Part shown: positions 10,201 to 18,204 of the stretch, piece after piece
Layout of the letters: each line of letters begins with the position of its first letter
Numbering within the stretch: the first letter of the stretch is position 1
Source of the DNA: a virus
Taxonomy: Duplodnaviria; Caudoviricetes
Virus record (IMG/VR): IMGVR_UViG_3300017700_000281
Location: 1-36,685 of that record
DNA length: 36,685 bases
Reading direction: 5' to 3' (one strand)
Position numbers and translations under genes: made by a program
Notes under the pieces: generated by a model
What the model saw: only the letters and a program-made list of their open reading frames with translations
Database searches by the model: none
Told to the model about the DNA's origin: nothing

Positions 10201-11045
10201 GCGACACGTTCCAAATCGTCCGTGTAAAGACGGTGTTTGCAGACGGCGCGCGACTGTCTGACACTATCGGGCCGGTGTTCACTGTCGCGGCGCAAATCAT
10301 GCCGCTGACGTACAACTTTGTCGCGTCCGGTACGAACCTGAAACGCGTTGCGCCTGACACGTTCGCTGACACGCAACTTACCGGATTGGACGCGGCGACT
10401 ATCTCGCCAGTGACGAACGCCTTTGCGCCGACCGTCACGCTTCCCGACTGCGACGATATCCCGATACTTGACCGTCGCCCAATCGGTACGACGTTTGAAC
10501 AGTCGGCAATCACGGGCGCGGAACGTCTCGATATCGGGCCGGGTATCAACAGCTATGTCAACCCTTGGGACCGTTCCGACTTGACAGGGCCGCGTACCTT
10601 CCGCTTGTCGCGCATGAATGGCCGCAGCGTGTCGCCGCCTGACGTTGAATGGTTCCGCACGTTCTGCGAATACACGAAGGGGTCATACAGGCCGTTCCTC
10701 GCGCCGACCTGGCGCAACGACTTTGACCTTGTGCTTGCGGCTGACGGGTCTTCGTTCGCGACTATCGAAAGCGACGAATACTTTACGTACTATTGGAAGC
10801 ACGCGGGTTTTAGGTTCGTCGCGTTTGAACACGCGGGCGGGCTCATTGTCCGCAAGGTCACGGCGGTTGCTCTGTCGGGCGGCAATACGGTTCTGACGCT
10901 CAACGAAGCCTTGCCCAATCCCATGCCTGCCGTTACTAAGGTCATGCTCGCGCCGCTGTCTCGGGTGAATGACGACGCTTTCAACCTGACACATTATGCT
11001 TGGTACACTGACGTTACGTTCAACATTCGGACAACGGACCAATGA
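7209..11045 (+). CDS. Large virion protein: six repeated N-terminal modules fused to a distal-tail-like C-terminal domain
   Basis: 1278 aa; C-terminal WRTDVITSDDGTEQRIAIRSSPR...GSYRPFLAPTW resembles YuA/PA73-type distal tail proteins; lies before the DUF2163-like gene. Confidence 0.7.
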   Translation: MAAEVIIAIVNFDSPAAIGLLDVTDSGQLGGHTPKGCIIFGGDYLDSSAGADGPNATFSVGVYDGVHQRTSAMYSLDNTAASDDGSEWSDTSVINTPNNYVRASAVAFIKNGIRLNFANIGGGASRYTAIFYAGRDVRAIAGTVANATGNSSVSATAGFQPDLVFACTPWHAGADLSGQFNDLAFAMGWATNGNGQMGICYSDDDAVAAGPAPSSYVHPTAALPLANPTLGTLGAALSITNFNASGFDVTTTLGTLGSVTASRVNFLALKLGEADIKVQAGTTKTSTGTQNYTGFGFDPDTLFLLGSTNTAVSGGARDTTAGSGACFGVANASAQGVYGMAINPAADPSDTYSAARVGDVLALGNNTTVLEHVASVSAWITDGVTLDYTAAGAGAKQLIMVGIATNSTTPTLEDVYAAVVTFQQAAKGIVDIPVDLGGRTPKAIIMVGVSHDPGNDATETIGGGTRGPVLHYSFATAADAQHTHASNHAHGSSTQVNSRIYNNNVLEFTGSTFSQDWDVRLVGFADNLISINFLNAPISLSQTRRWTILVLAGEDVEAHLNAQNLGTGTSAIDVTAPDFEPDIVFAASAFRTATGSTGGAVKSFGIGLNDGADTQRCFTNVESAGTLTVSRPGASLYDNRILNRLTGATPNPTNVYNVVIGSYDSQGYSITPSASASSEFASFLAVKMPGIRAHLDDFLTKATTGIESYTGAGFQPRTALLVGGGNTTINTPQGETAALASHFVGMVTDQTDPLKVGVHALRNQNNTDPTVAAVKSLADGHVIIKSDTANFGAVVGMFDGFTTDGFDIDFTATSGAFLFMSLMLDWDDDTIPPTPPITVEQSGALVIAVLNAPLHTFQSGAMIVAEQTANGGVTQSGALIVGKVIQRPFNWVLPEEPIDESWKWRTDVITSDDGTEQRIAIRSSPRVELTHRFALDNTPDLRRVWRAIWTELGKPVPMPHWPYKTKLQQPTLAGQTRIYFDASKTNLRNGGFAYIQEGDTFQIVRVKTVFADGARLSDTIGPVFTVAAQIMPLTYNFVASGTNLKRVAPDTFADTQLTGLDAATISPVTNAFAPTVTLPDCDDIPILDRRPIGTTFEQSAITGAERLDIGPGINSYVNPWDRSDLTGPRTFRLSRMNGRSVSPPDVEWFRTFCEYTKGSYRPFLAPTWRNDFDLVLAADGSSFATIESDEYFTYYWKHAGFRFVAFEHAGGLIVRKVTAVALSGGNTVLTLNEALPNPMPAVTKVMLAPLSRVNDDAFNLTHYAWYTDVTFNIRTTDQ

Positions 11046-11842
11046 CGTATAACGCAGACGAAAGCGGCGTTTACACCGGCAAGCCGATTGAACTTTACGC
11101 GTTCGTCGGTACGTTCAATTCGTATTACTACACGTCGCACAACGAAGACGTGATTTATAACGGCCAACGCTACCTTGCGCGGGCCATGAAACGCAGCCGT
11201 ATCAAGGTCACTATCGCGCAAGCTGGCAACAGCGATTTGACGATTGACCTACCCGCCGACGATAAGCTGATACTGGCGTACGGCTTCGGTGTCGCGCCGC
11301 CCGATTTGTACCTGACCCTGACGCGCTTTCACGACCCCGCCGACGTTGTTATCTATTGGTCGGGCAACGTCACGAACGTACGCGTATCCGGCGAGACAGG
11401 GCAGATTATCACACCGAACGAAATTACCCGCGCCATGTCTGGCGAGGTTCCTTCCGTCTTGTATCAGACGCCTTGCAACAACGTACTTGGTAACGCGCGC
11501 TGCGGTATCGACATTGACGCGCTGAAGTTCGTTTCGTTTATGACGGCGTACGACGCAAACACTGTCACGGTTCAAAACGACGGCGGGCGACCCGATCAGT
11601 ATTACCGTTCGGGCTTTCTTGAGACGCAATACGAGCGGCGGCAAATCATGTCGCATGTGGGCAATGTCGTAACGCTCGCTTACCCGCTGACGAAACGCAA
11701 TTACGGCTTGGCTGTCACGCTGTACCCTGGCTGCGACCTGGCGTACGCGGGCGACTGCCTGACCAAGTTTAACAATCAATTGAACTTTGGCGGCTTCCCG
11801 TTCATTCCGAACGTCAACCCCTTCGTAAGCGGTATTGACTAG
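11042..11842 (+). CDS. Minor tail protein, DUF2163/BR0599-type (lambda gpL-like, Fe-S cysteines)
   Basis: KPIELYAF start; C-x8-C (CNNVLGNARC) and YPGCD...C..KFNNQLNFGGFPFIP.VNPF C-terminus. Confidence 0.88.
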   Translation: MTYNADESGVYTGKPIELYAFVGTFNSYYYTSHNEDVIYNGQRYLARAMKRSRIKVTIAQAGNSDLTIDLPADDKLILAYGFGVAPPDLYLTLTRFHDPADVVIYWSGNVTNVRVSGETGQIITPNEITRAMSGEVPSVLYQTPCNNVLGNARCGIDIDALKFVSFMTAYDANTVTVQNDGGRPDQYYRSGFLETQYERRQIMSHVGNVVTLAYPLTKRNYGLAVTLYPGCDLAYAGDCLTKFNNQLNFGGFPFIPNVNPFVSGID

Positions 11843-11844
11843 AC

Positions 11845-14307
11845 ATGACCCCGTTTGAATGGTTCGCGGTCTTCGCCGCTATCTTTCTCGCCGTTGGCTT
11901 TCTCGTCAAGACAAAGCCGACTGACGCCGTTAAAGCGGCGCTGTCTGACTTCACGTTCCCGCGCTCTAACGAAGGCGACCCCGTCAACAAGGTGTACGGT
12001 ACGGTCAAGCTGTTGTCGCCTAACGTGCTTTGGACGGGCGCGTTTCTCGGCAAGGCGATTACGAAGAAAGTTTCAACGGGTATCTTTAGCAGCAAGCGCG
12101 TTACCGTCTCGTACGACTATTACATTGGTATGCAGCTAGGGCTATGCCTTGGCCCGAACGTCCGTGTACGGAAAATCTATTTCGGCAAGTACCTGGCTTG
12201 GACAGGAACGCTTACCGGCGGCGGCTCTGCCGTTATCAACAACCTTCAACTGTTCGGCGGTGAAAGCCGCAACGGCGGCGTTATCGGGACAGTGTACTTT
12301 TACGACGGCGACGTACCGCAGACGCAAGACCCGTTTCTTGCTCACCATATCGGCGCGGGTGCGCCGCGATACAACGGTATTGCTCACTTGGTCTTCACCG
12401 AAAACAACGTCAGCAATCGCGGGTTCTACTTCGGCAAATCGTCTAACATTGAACCTGTCGCTATCGAGGTTGATTGCTTCAACAACACGCTTGGCATTCC
12501 GTCAGGCAAGCACATTATGTCAAACGGTCTTGACGCCAACCCGGCTGAAATTCTGTACGACATGTGCGTGACCGAATTTGCCATGCTCGGGATTGATCCG
12601 GCCAGGCTTGATACGGCTTCGTTCCTCGCCGCAGCCGACACGCTGTACGACGAAAACCATTTTATGTCCCTGCAAGTTTCCCAACCGGCGCGCGGCGCTG
12701 ACTTGATCGGGGAATTGCTCAAACAGGTCAACGGCGTGCTGTACCAGGACACGGCAACCGGCAAGTTCATTCTTGGGCTTCAGCGTCAGGACTACACCGA
12801 AAGCGCGTTGCCTGAAATTGACGTTGACAACCTGTCAGACATTACGAATTACACCCGCAACCTTTGGTCGGATACGGTCAACCAGGTTCGAGTAATGTTC
12901 AAAAACCGTGAGAACAATTACCAGGACAACAGCCCGGCGGTGTGGCAAGACACCGGCAACATTGCCGCGACTGGCAAGGTACGCAGCGCGCAACTTTCAC
13001 ACCCCGGCTGTTACGACCCTGACCTTGCCGTGTTCCTCGCGACACGCACGGGCGCGGCTCTGTCTGTCCCGCTGTTCTCTGCCGATATCAAGTGCAACCG
13101 CGCTGTCGGGCAAACGCTGCGGCCTAACAGCGTCTTCAAGCTGACGTGTCGCCGCCTTGGTATCAAGCGGCTTGTTATGCGCGTGAAGGAAGTTGACCTT
13201 GGCGAACTAGACGACGGCAAGGTGACGGTGTCGGCGTTCCAAGATATTTACGCCAACAACACTGTTACGATTGCGCCGCCCGCGCCTAGCGAATGGGACG
13301 GCGGCTCGCCGGAACCTGACGCCGTAACGGTGTACAAGGTTATCGGTGCGCCGTACTACTTCGTTCGCCAGGCTGACAGCCCGCTTGTGAGTGTGCTTGA
13401 AAGCAAGGGCTTGATTTGGGTGTTGCCCGAACAAGTTGACGAGGCTTCAACCGGCTTCAGCGCGTACGCTTCAACTGACGCGTTCGCGACGAATACGCAG
13501 CTTGTTGACAACGTTCCGTACTCGGGTTCGGGCCGCGTTCAAACGCTGTACCCTGACACGACGGCTGACGACGACGGCTTTGACAGCGGCGGTACGGGAA
13601 TGGTAGTTTACGGCCTTGCGCCGTCTGACTTCGTACCCACAACCGCAAGCGGCGGTGACGCTCAAATCCAAAGCGAAGGTGTCAACCTTATGCTTGTCGG
13701 AAACGAGCTAATGTCATACCGCACGGTGACTTCGCTTGGCGGCGGTTCGTACCGCCTGACCAACGTACACCGGGCGCTGTTTGACACGACGTTTGAAACT
13801 CACGTTGTTGACACGCCTATTTACTTCCTGACGAGTGCAGACGGTCTTTCTGACGCGGCGTACGATCAGGATTACGCGGGCGACATTCGCATAACCGACA
13901 TTACGACGCGCGGCCAATACTCGCTTTCGTCGGCGGTTGATATCGCCTTCACAATGGACAAGCGCACGTACAGGCCGTCACCCCCGGCGTACCTGACAAT
14001 CGGCGGAACGCGTCAGCCTGCAACGGTCCCGAACTCGACAAGCCCGGCGATTGCCTGGCGCGAGCGCAACCGGCTTACGGACAACGTGAAGTTTTACGAC
14101 GACGCCGCAAGCACGGCGGAAGCCGGAACCGACTATGTCATGCGTTGGCGTGTGGCGGGCGGCTCTTGGACAACCGTTGACCCCTTCACGTCGGGAAGCA
14201 CAATCACGCTGACCGTGACGTTGGGGTTGCTTGAAGTTGAGGTATGGTCTAGGACTAACGGCAACTTGTCGCGCGTCGTGGCAAGGGGAACGTCAACGGT
14301 AGTCTAA
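11845..14307 (+). CDS. Central tail tip / baseplate hub protein (Phage-tail_3 / gpJ-like)
   Basis: 820 aa; NEGDPVNKVYGT, YYIGMQLGLCLGP, DANPAEILYD, NQVRVMF and NVHRALFDT motifs. Confidence 0.85.
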   Translation: MTPFEWFAVFAAIFLAVGFLVKTKPTDAVKAALSDFTFPRSNEGDPVNKVYGTVKLLSPNVLWTGAFLGKAITKKVSTGIFSSKRVTVSYDYYIGMQLGLCLGPNVRVRKIYFGKYLAWTGTLTGGGSAVINNLQLFGGESRNGGVIGTVYFYDGDVPQTQDPFLAHHIGAGAPRYNGIAHLVFTENNVSNRGFYFGKSSNIEPVAIEVDCFNNTLGIPSGKHIMSNGLDANPAEILYDMCVTEFAMLGIDPARLDTASFLAAADTLYDENHFMSLQVSQPARGADLIGELLKQVNGVLYQDTATGKFILGLQRQDYTESALPEIDVDNLSDITNYTRNLWSDTVNQVRVMFKNRENNYQDNSPAVWQDTGNIAATGKVRSAQLSHPGCYDPDLAVFLATRTGAALSVPLFSADIKCNRAVGQTLRPNSVFKLTCRRLGIKRLVMRVKEVDLGELDDGKVTVSAFQDIYANNTVTIAPPAPSEWDGGSPEPDAVTVYKVIGAPYYFVRQADSPLVSVLESKGLIWVLPEQVDEASTGFSAYASTDAFATNTQLVDNVPYSGSGRVQTLYPDTTADDDGFDSGGTGMVVYGLAPSDFVPTTASGGDAQIQSEGVNLMLVGNELMSYRTVTSLGGGSYRLTNVHRALFDTTFETHVVDTPIYFLTSADGLSDAAYDQDYAGDIRITDITTRGQYSLSSAVDIAFTMDKRTYRPSPPAYLTIGGTRQPATVPNSTSPAIAWRERNRLTDNVKFYDDAASTAEAGTDYVMRWRVAGGSWTTVDPFTSGSTITLTVTLGLLEVEVWSRTNGNLSRVVARGTSTVV

Positions 14308-14320
14308 CGCAGGGGTTCGC

Positions 14321-14560
14321 ATGAATACCATTCTAGGACTGTTCAAGTCCAAGACCGCAATCTTTAACGTTGTCATGGGCCTGATTGGCCTTCTGGCGGC
14401 GTTCGGGGTCTTCGGTGACACAAACCCGCCCCCGACCGCCGAAGCGGTGCAGGGCGCTTTCAGCGCCGTTGAAGCGGCCTTCGTGGCGGTGTGGGCAGTC
14501 GGCGGCGTGATCCTTCGCGCCATGACCAAAGAGCCGACAGCCGCGAAGGTTGGCCCCTAG
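14321..14560 (+). CDS. Small two-TM membrane protein, holin-like
   Basis: 79 aa; SD AGGGG; two hydrophobic segments; SKT..FN and LR..T..P pattern seen in small phage holin-like proteins. Confidence 0.6.
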   Translation: MNTILGLFKSKTAIFNVVMGLIGLLAAFGVFGDTNPPPTAEAVQGAFSAVEAAFVAVWAVGGVILRAMTKEPTAAKVGP

Positions 14561-14626
14561 ACCCCCGGCCCGGCTTCGGCTATAAGGGGGCTCCCAAGGC
14601 GTCCCCTCGGGCCTGTTGTGCAGCTT

Positions 14627-14667
14627 CACCCGCCGGGCTTAGTCCCCCCGGCGGGTGTTGTCTTTTT
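14627..14667 (+). terminator. Rho-independent terminator ending the tail operon
   Basis: Perfect 11-bp stem CACCCGCCGGG / CCCGGCGGGTG, 9-nt loop, then TTGTCTTTTT; lies between convergent modules. Confidence 0.8.
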
Positions 14668-14720
14668 GTCCGCAGCGATCGGCCGACACGAACAGGCGAA
14701 ACCTCTGCAATTTCAATGAG

Positions 14721-14879
14721 TTAAGCGGCTTTCAGGATCTTGCCCGAATCCGCCAGTTCCGCGACCATGTCAGCGAACGCGGCGAACAGGCAGTTAACGG
14801 TTTCTTCCGTTGTCAGCGTGCGGGTGTTCTCGACTTCCGCGAACACGTCACCCCAAGTCAGTTCTTTTTGCGTCGTCAT
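14721..14879 (-). CDS. Small hypothetical protein (52 aa)
   Basis: MTTQKELTWGDVFAEV...; SD AGAGGA upstream of the ATG at 14879. Confidence 0.6.
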   Translation of the reverse strand: MTTQKELTWGDVFAEVENTRTLTTEETVNCLFAAFADMVAELADSGKILKAA

Positions 14880-14930
14880 GTCTGCCGTTCCTCTGTTGTT
14901 ACAGAGGTTGTACGCGACAAGTCTTAACAA

Positions 14931-16973
14931 CTAGTCAATGACGCCCCAATTAGCGCCCCGCTTGTTGTCAACAAGAATGGGTACGGCGCACTTCAGCGAG
15001 TTAGCGAGCGTGTGACGCATGAAGCGGTAAGCCTCTTGTTGCGCCGGGCTGTCGTCTTGGACGCTGAAGTCAAGTTCGTCGTGTACCTGCAACATGGGTA
15101 CGCCGATGAAGTCAAACACGCCTGACTGATCGGCTTCGCGCATGGCGACTTTGATTACGTCGCCCGTACCGGAACCCTGCAACTTGTAATTGACGCCCTT
15201 GTAATCGCCAGCCCGTTTAATGTTGCTTCCGTACTCGCGTACGGCCAGGTGAAACGGTAGCGGCGTGCGGCGAATGCGCGAGCCGTCTTGCTCGCTTTCA
15301 TAGTAATTAGGTTCCCACATGTTGAAGGTAACGCGCCGCCCTAGAATGGTCCGTATGCAGCCTTCGCGCTGCACTTCGGCGGCAATGTCTTTCAGTGTCG
15401 GTTTAACGTACGGTGCGCCCTTGTGATAGGCGCTAAAGATTGCGTCAGCTTCGGCGCGTGTGAAGCCCGCCTTGTACGCAAGCGACTTTTGCGACTGACC
15501 GTACACTAGACCAAAGTTGATATTCTTGATTGGTCGCCGGTCAATCTCGATACCCGTTAGGGCCTTGACGTTGCCTTGTACGTACTTGTGATAATCGGTT
15601 GACGGATCGTCGCGGTACGACTGGCGCAAGCGTTCGGCTGACCCGTCGCCGCTGTCAACGGCGTAGTGTGCGAGCATACGATATTCAATCTGTGAATAAT
15701 CGTCTTTCTCCCAACACAAGTGACCGTCAAACGGTACGAAGGCTTCGCGTATAAGTTTGCCTTCATCGGTGCGAATGGGAATGTTCTGCAAGTTCGGATC
15801 GGAAGACGCAAAGCGCCCGGTCTTCGCGCCGTTGTCGTCGTCTTTCAGCGGGTGCAACGAACCGTGCAATACGCCGTACTGATTGTTTCCGTTCTCTGGA
15901 ATGCTCTTGTTGAGAATGTAACCTTGCAGGAACGTACCAACGCACTTTTCAAGCTTGCGTATGTTGTTGATATCGTCACCAATCGGGTGTTCAAGGGCTT
16001 CAAGCCATTCCTTCCGAAACGACGGGTTGCCGCCCTTACCGTCTTCCCTGACTTCGGTACGCAGGTACGGTACGCCCGCGTGATCGAACAACTTAGCGAG
16101 TTGCGCGCCGCTGTTCACGCTGGCAATCGCGACGCCGTGTTTGTGGGCAAGTTCTTTGTAATACTGGCCTATGCGGCCTTTCAGTACGTGTATCAGTTCT
16201 TCGGCTTTGCCAAGGTCAACGCGTACGCCGCGCAATCGCATTTTGACGAGCAAGCGTATAAGGTCATTTTCCAGGCGGTACACGTACGACAAGCCGTCTC
16301 GGTCAATGATCGGCATTTGTATGTCGTGAATGCGTAACGGCAAGTCGGCGTCAGCTTCGCCGTACGGCCCGACTAGGCGCGGCGGTGACTTGTAAATAAA
16401 CGCGCGTTCGCGGTTCTTCCGGGGCTTGTAACTCTCGCGTATCCATTCGTACAAAAGCGAAGTGTCTTTGTTCTCGCCAAGGTACTTTTGCGCGAGTATG
16501 TCGAGTGCAACAAAGGCGGTGTCGTCAATCAGTGCTTCGCCAAACTGTACGTCGTGCAACTCGCCTTCAACGTAAATGTTCTCTGTCGTCAGCCAACCAA
16601 CGTCGTACAGCAGGTTAGCGCCAACCTTTTTTATGTGCTTGGTTTCAAGTTGCGCTTTCAGCCAAGGGAAGACGCGGGCGGGGTCTAGGTTCGTTTCCGG
16701 CTCGACTTCATGCCTGACCGGCAGATACCCCCGCCAGCGGTCGCCCTGACGCGATACAGCCGATATCCCGACCCCGACGATATGACCCCGCCCCCGGCCC
16801 CAACCTGGCCCCGCTTCCTCTAGCTCGGGGTCTTTGGTTTCGGTGTCAAACGAGATAGCGTACGCGTCCGTCAGGTCAGGCAGGAAGTCAGGCGCACGCC
16901 AACCCGTTTCCGGTATTGGCGCGTGCATCCGTAACCCAACGTCGCGTTTGTGTACGCCCCCGTCAAACAACAT
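14931..16973 (-). CDS. polA: Family A DNA polymerase with 3'-5' exonuclease
   Basis: ExoI FDTET, ExoII NLLYD, ExoIII YGEAD; TGRFASSDPNLQNIP; motif A DYSQIEYR; motif B KNINFGLVYG (Phe at the E. coli 762-equivalent); motif C VHDEL. Confidence 0.96.
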   Translation of the reverse strand: MLFDGGVHKRDVGLRMHAPIPETGWRAPDFLPDLTDAYAISFDTETKDPELEEAGPGWGRGRGHIVGVGISAVSRQGDRWRGYLPVRHEVEPETNLDPARVFPWLKAQLETKHIKKVGANLLYDVGWLTTENIYVEGELHDVQFGEALIDDTAFVALDILAQKYLGENKDTSLLYEWIRESYKPRKNRERAFIYKSPPRLVGPYGEADADLPLRIHDIQMPIIDRDGLSYVYRLENDLIRLLVKMRLRGVRVDLGKAEELIHVLKGRIGQYYKELAHKHGVAIASVNSGAQLAKLFDHAGVPYLRTEVREDGKGGNPSFRKEWLEALEHPIGDDINNIRKLEKCVGTFLQGYILNKSIPENGNNQYGVLHGSLHPLKDDDNGAKTGRFASSDPNLQNIPIRTDEGKLIREAFVPFDGHLCWEKDDYSQIEYRMLAHYAVDSGDGSAERLRQSYRDDPSTDYHKYVQGNVKALTGIEIDRRPIKNINFGLVYGQSQKSLAYKAGFTRAEADAIFSAYHKGAPYVKPTLKDIAAEVQREGCIRTILGRRVTFNMWEPNYYESEQDGSRIRRTPLPFHLAVREYGSNIKRAGDYKGVNYKLQGSGTGDVIKVAMREADQSGVFDFIGVPMLQVHDELDFSVQDDSPAQQEAYRFMRHTLANSLKCAVPILVDNKRGANWGVID

Positions 16974-16975
16974 TG

Positions 16976-17986
16976 TCAGACTTCCGCAATCCGCATAACC
17001 GCGCCGCGTACGCTGTCACCGAACCAAAGCAGTTTGTCCGGGTCAGTGTTGAAGTCGGCAAGCTTCATGTGTTCGGCAACCTTCGCGATTGACGACGCAT
17101 TGAACCGCAGACGGCGTACCGTGCTAAGGTCTTTCACGTCGTATTCAGCCGCGCTTTCGTTGCCTTGGAAGAACGCGGCAACTTTGCCGTCTTCAATGAT
17201 AAACGAGCCGTCTTCGCTGAAAGCGGCGACAGCTTGTACCGCCGTCACGAAGTCAGCCGGGAGCGGTAGCGGGTTGGCCGTGACGTTCAATACGTTCCTC
17301 GCCTGCATTGGGTAGCCTTCGGCGTACAACTGCGTTTTCAGCCAAGACATGTCGTCAAAGTAGAACGTGACAGACGAGCCGTTGCCGTAACCGAAGCCCA
17401 CAAGCTTTGACTTCGCTTTCACGACGGCGGCGCAAAAGGCGCGCGGCAAGATCATGTCGGGCAGGTTCGTACCATGCCAGTATTCAACAATCGCCTTGCC
17501 GTCCGTACCGTACGCCGAATTGGCGCAAAGCAGTACCGACGTTTCATGCACAAGCGTTGCGCCCTCGCGCGTGTACTTCATGCACACTTCAAGCGCCGCC
17601 TTGATAGCGTCGTCAATCACGTACGCTTGCGGGTCAGGTACGACGACGTGCATTGCATCCGGCGGGAGGCATTGAACAGTCGCAAGCAGCTTGTCGCCCT
17701 TGACCGTCACAACGTCGCCTTCAACCGTCAACGACAGTTGCTTGCCGCACGACTGAAGCGCGGCGGTCAGTTGTTCCAGGTTCGGGTATGCAACAAAGTC
17801 TTCCTCTATCGGATGACACGCCGCAATCACGCCGTCAAAGGCGACAATGCGATTGCCGCCAATGTGTACGTGTTGTTGATATGCGCCTTGCGCCGTATCT
17901 TTCGTCGCGACTTTCACGAAGGCGAGCGCGGTAAGCAGCTTGTCCGCTTGTCCATTCTTCGCCGGTTTTCTTCCACGCGTAGCCAT
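16976..17986 (-). CDS. Beta sliding-clamp-like protein (frame also open upstream to a TTG at 18208)
   Basis: 336 aa from an ATG with SD AAGGA; repeated clamp-like segments IVAFDG and AYGTDG, and LYAEGYP; sits between polymerase and helicase as in PA73/KL1-like phages. Confidence 0.65.
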   Translation of the reverse strand: MATRGRKPAKNGQADKLLTALAFVKVATKDTAQGAYQQHVHIGGNRIVAFDGVIAACHPIEEDFVAYPNLEQLTAALQSCGKQLSLTVEGDVVTVKGDKLLATVQCLPPDAMHVVVPDPQAYVIDDAIKAALEVCMKYTREGATLVHETSVLLCANSAYGTDGKAIVEYWHGTNLPDMILPRAFCAAVVKAKSKLVGFGYGNGSSVTFYFDDMSWLKTQLYAEGYPMQARNVLNVTANPLPLPADFVTAVQAVAAFSEDGSFIIEDGKVAAFFQGNESAAEYDVKDLSTVRRLRFNASSIAKVAEHMKLADFNTDPDKLLWFGDSVRGAVMRIAEV

Positions 17987-18204
17987 GTCGTCAGGTTCCT
18001 TATGTTTGACGTTGCCGTACAGTTCTTCTAGTTCTTCGTACCTTTGGTTTAGCCAGGCGGTGAAGCGCATAAACTCGCTGTTCCGCCATTCGTCCGAACC
18101 GACTTCAAGCAACTTGTGTTGCTCCCAAAGTTCGGCCCTAAGTTTGTCTTCCGCCTCGCGTAGTGCAATGCGTTCTTCCCGTGTCCTGCCTTCCGGCCAT
18201 AGGT

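Noticed and set aside
14561-14720. tRNA or known ncRNA in GC-rich intergenic gaps (also 34217-34270)
   Set aside because: No cloverleaf, T-loop GTTCRA or other recognisable family signature.
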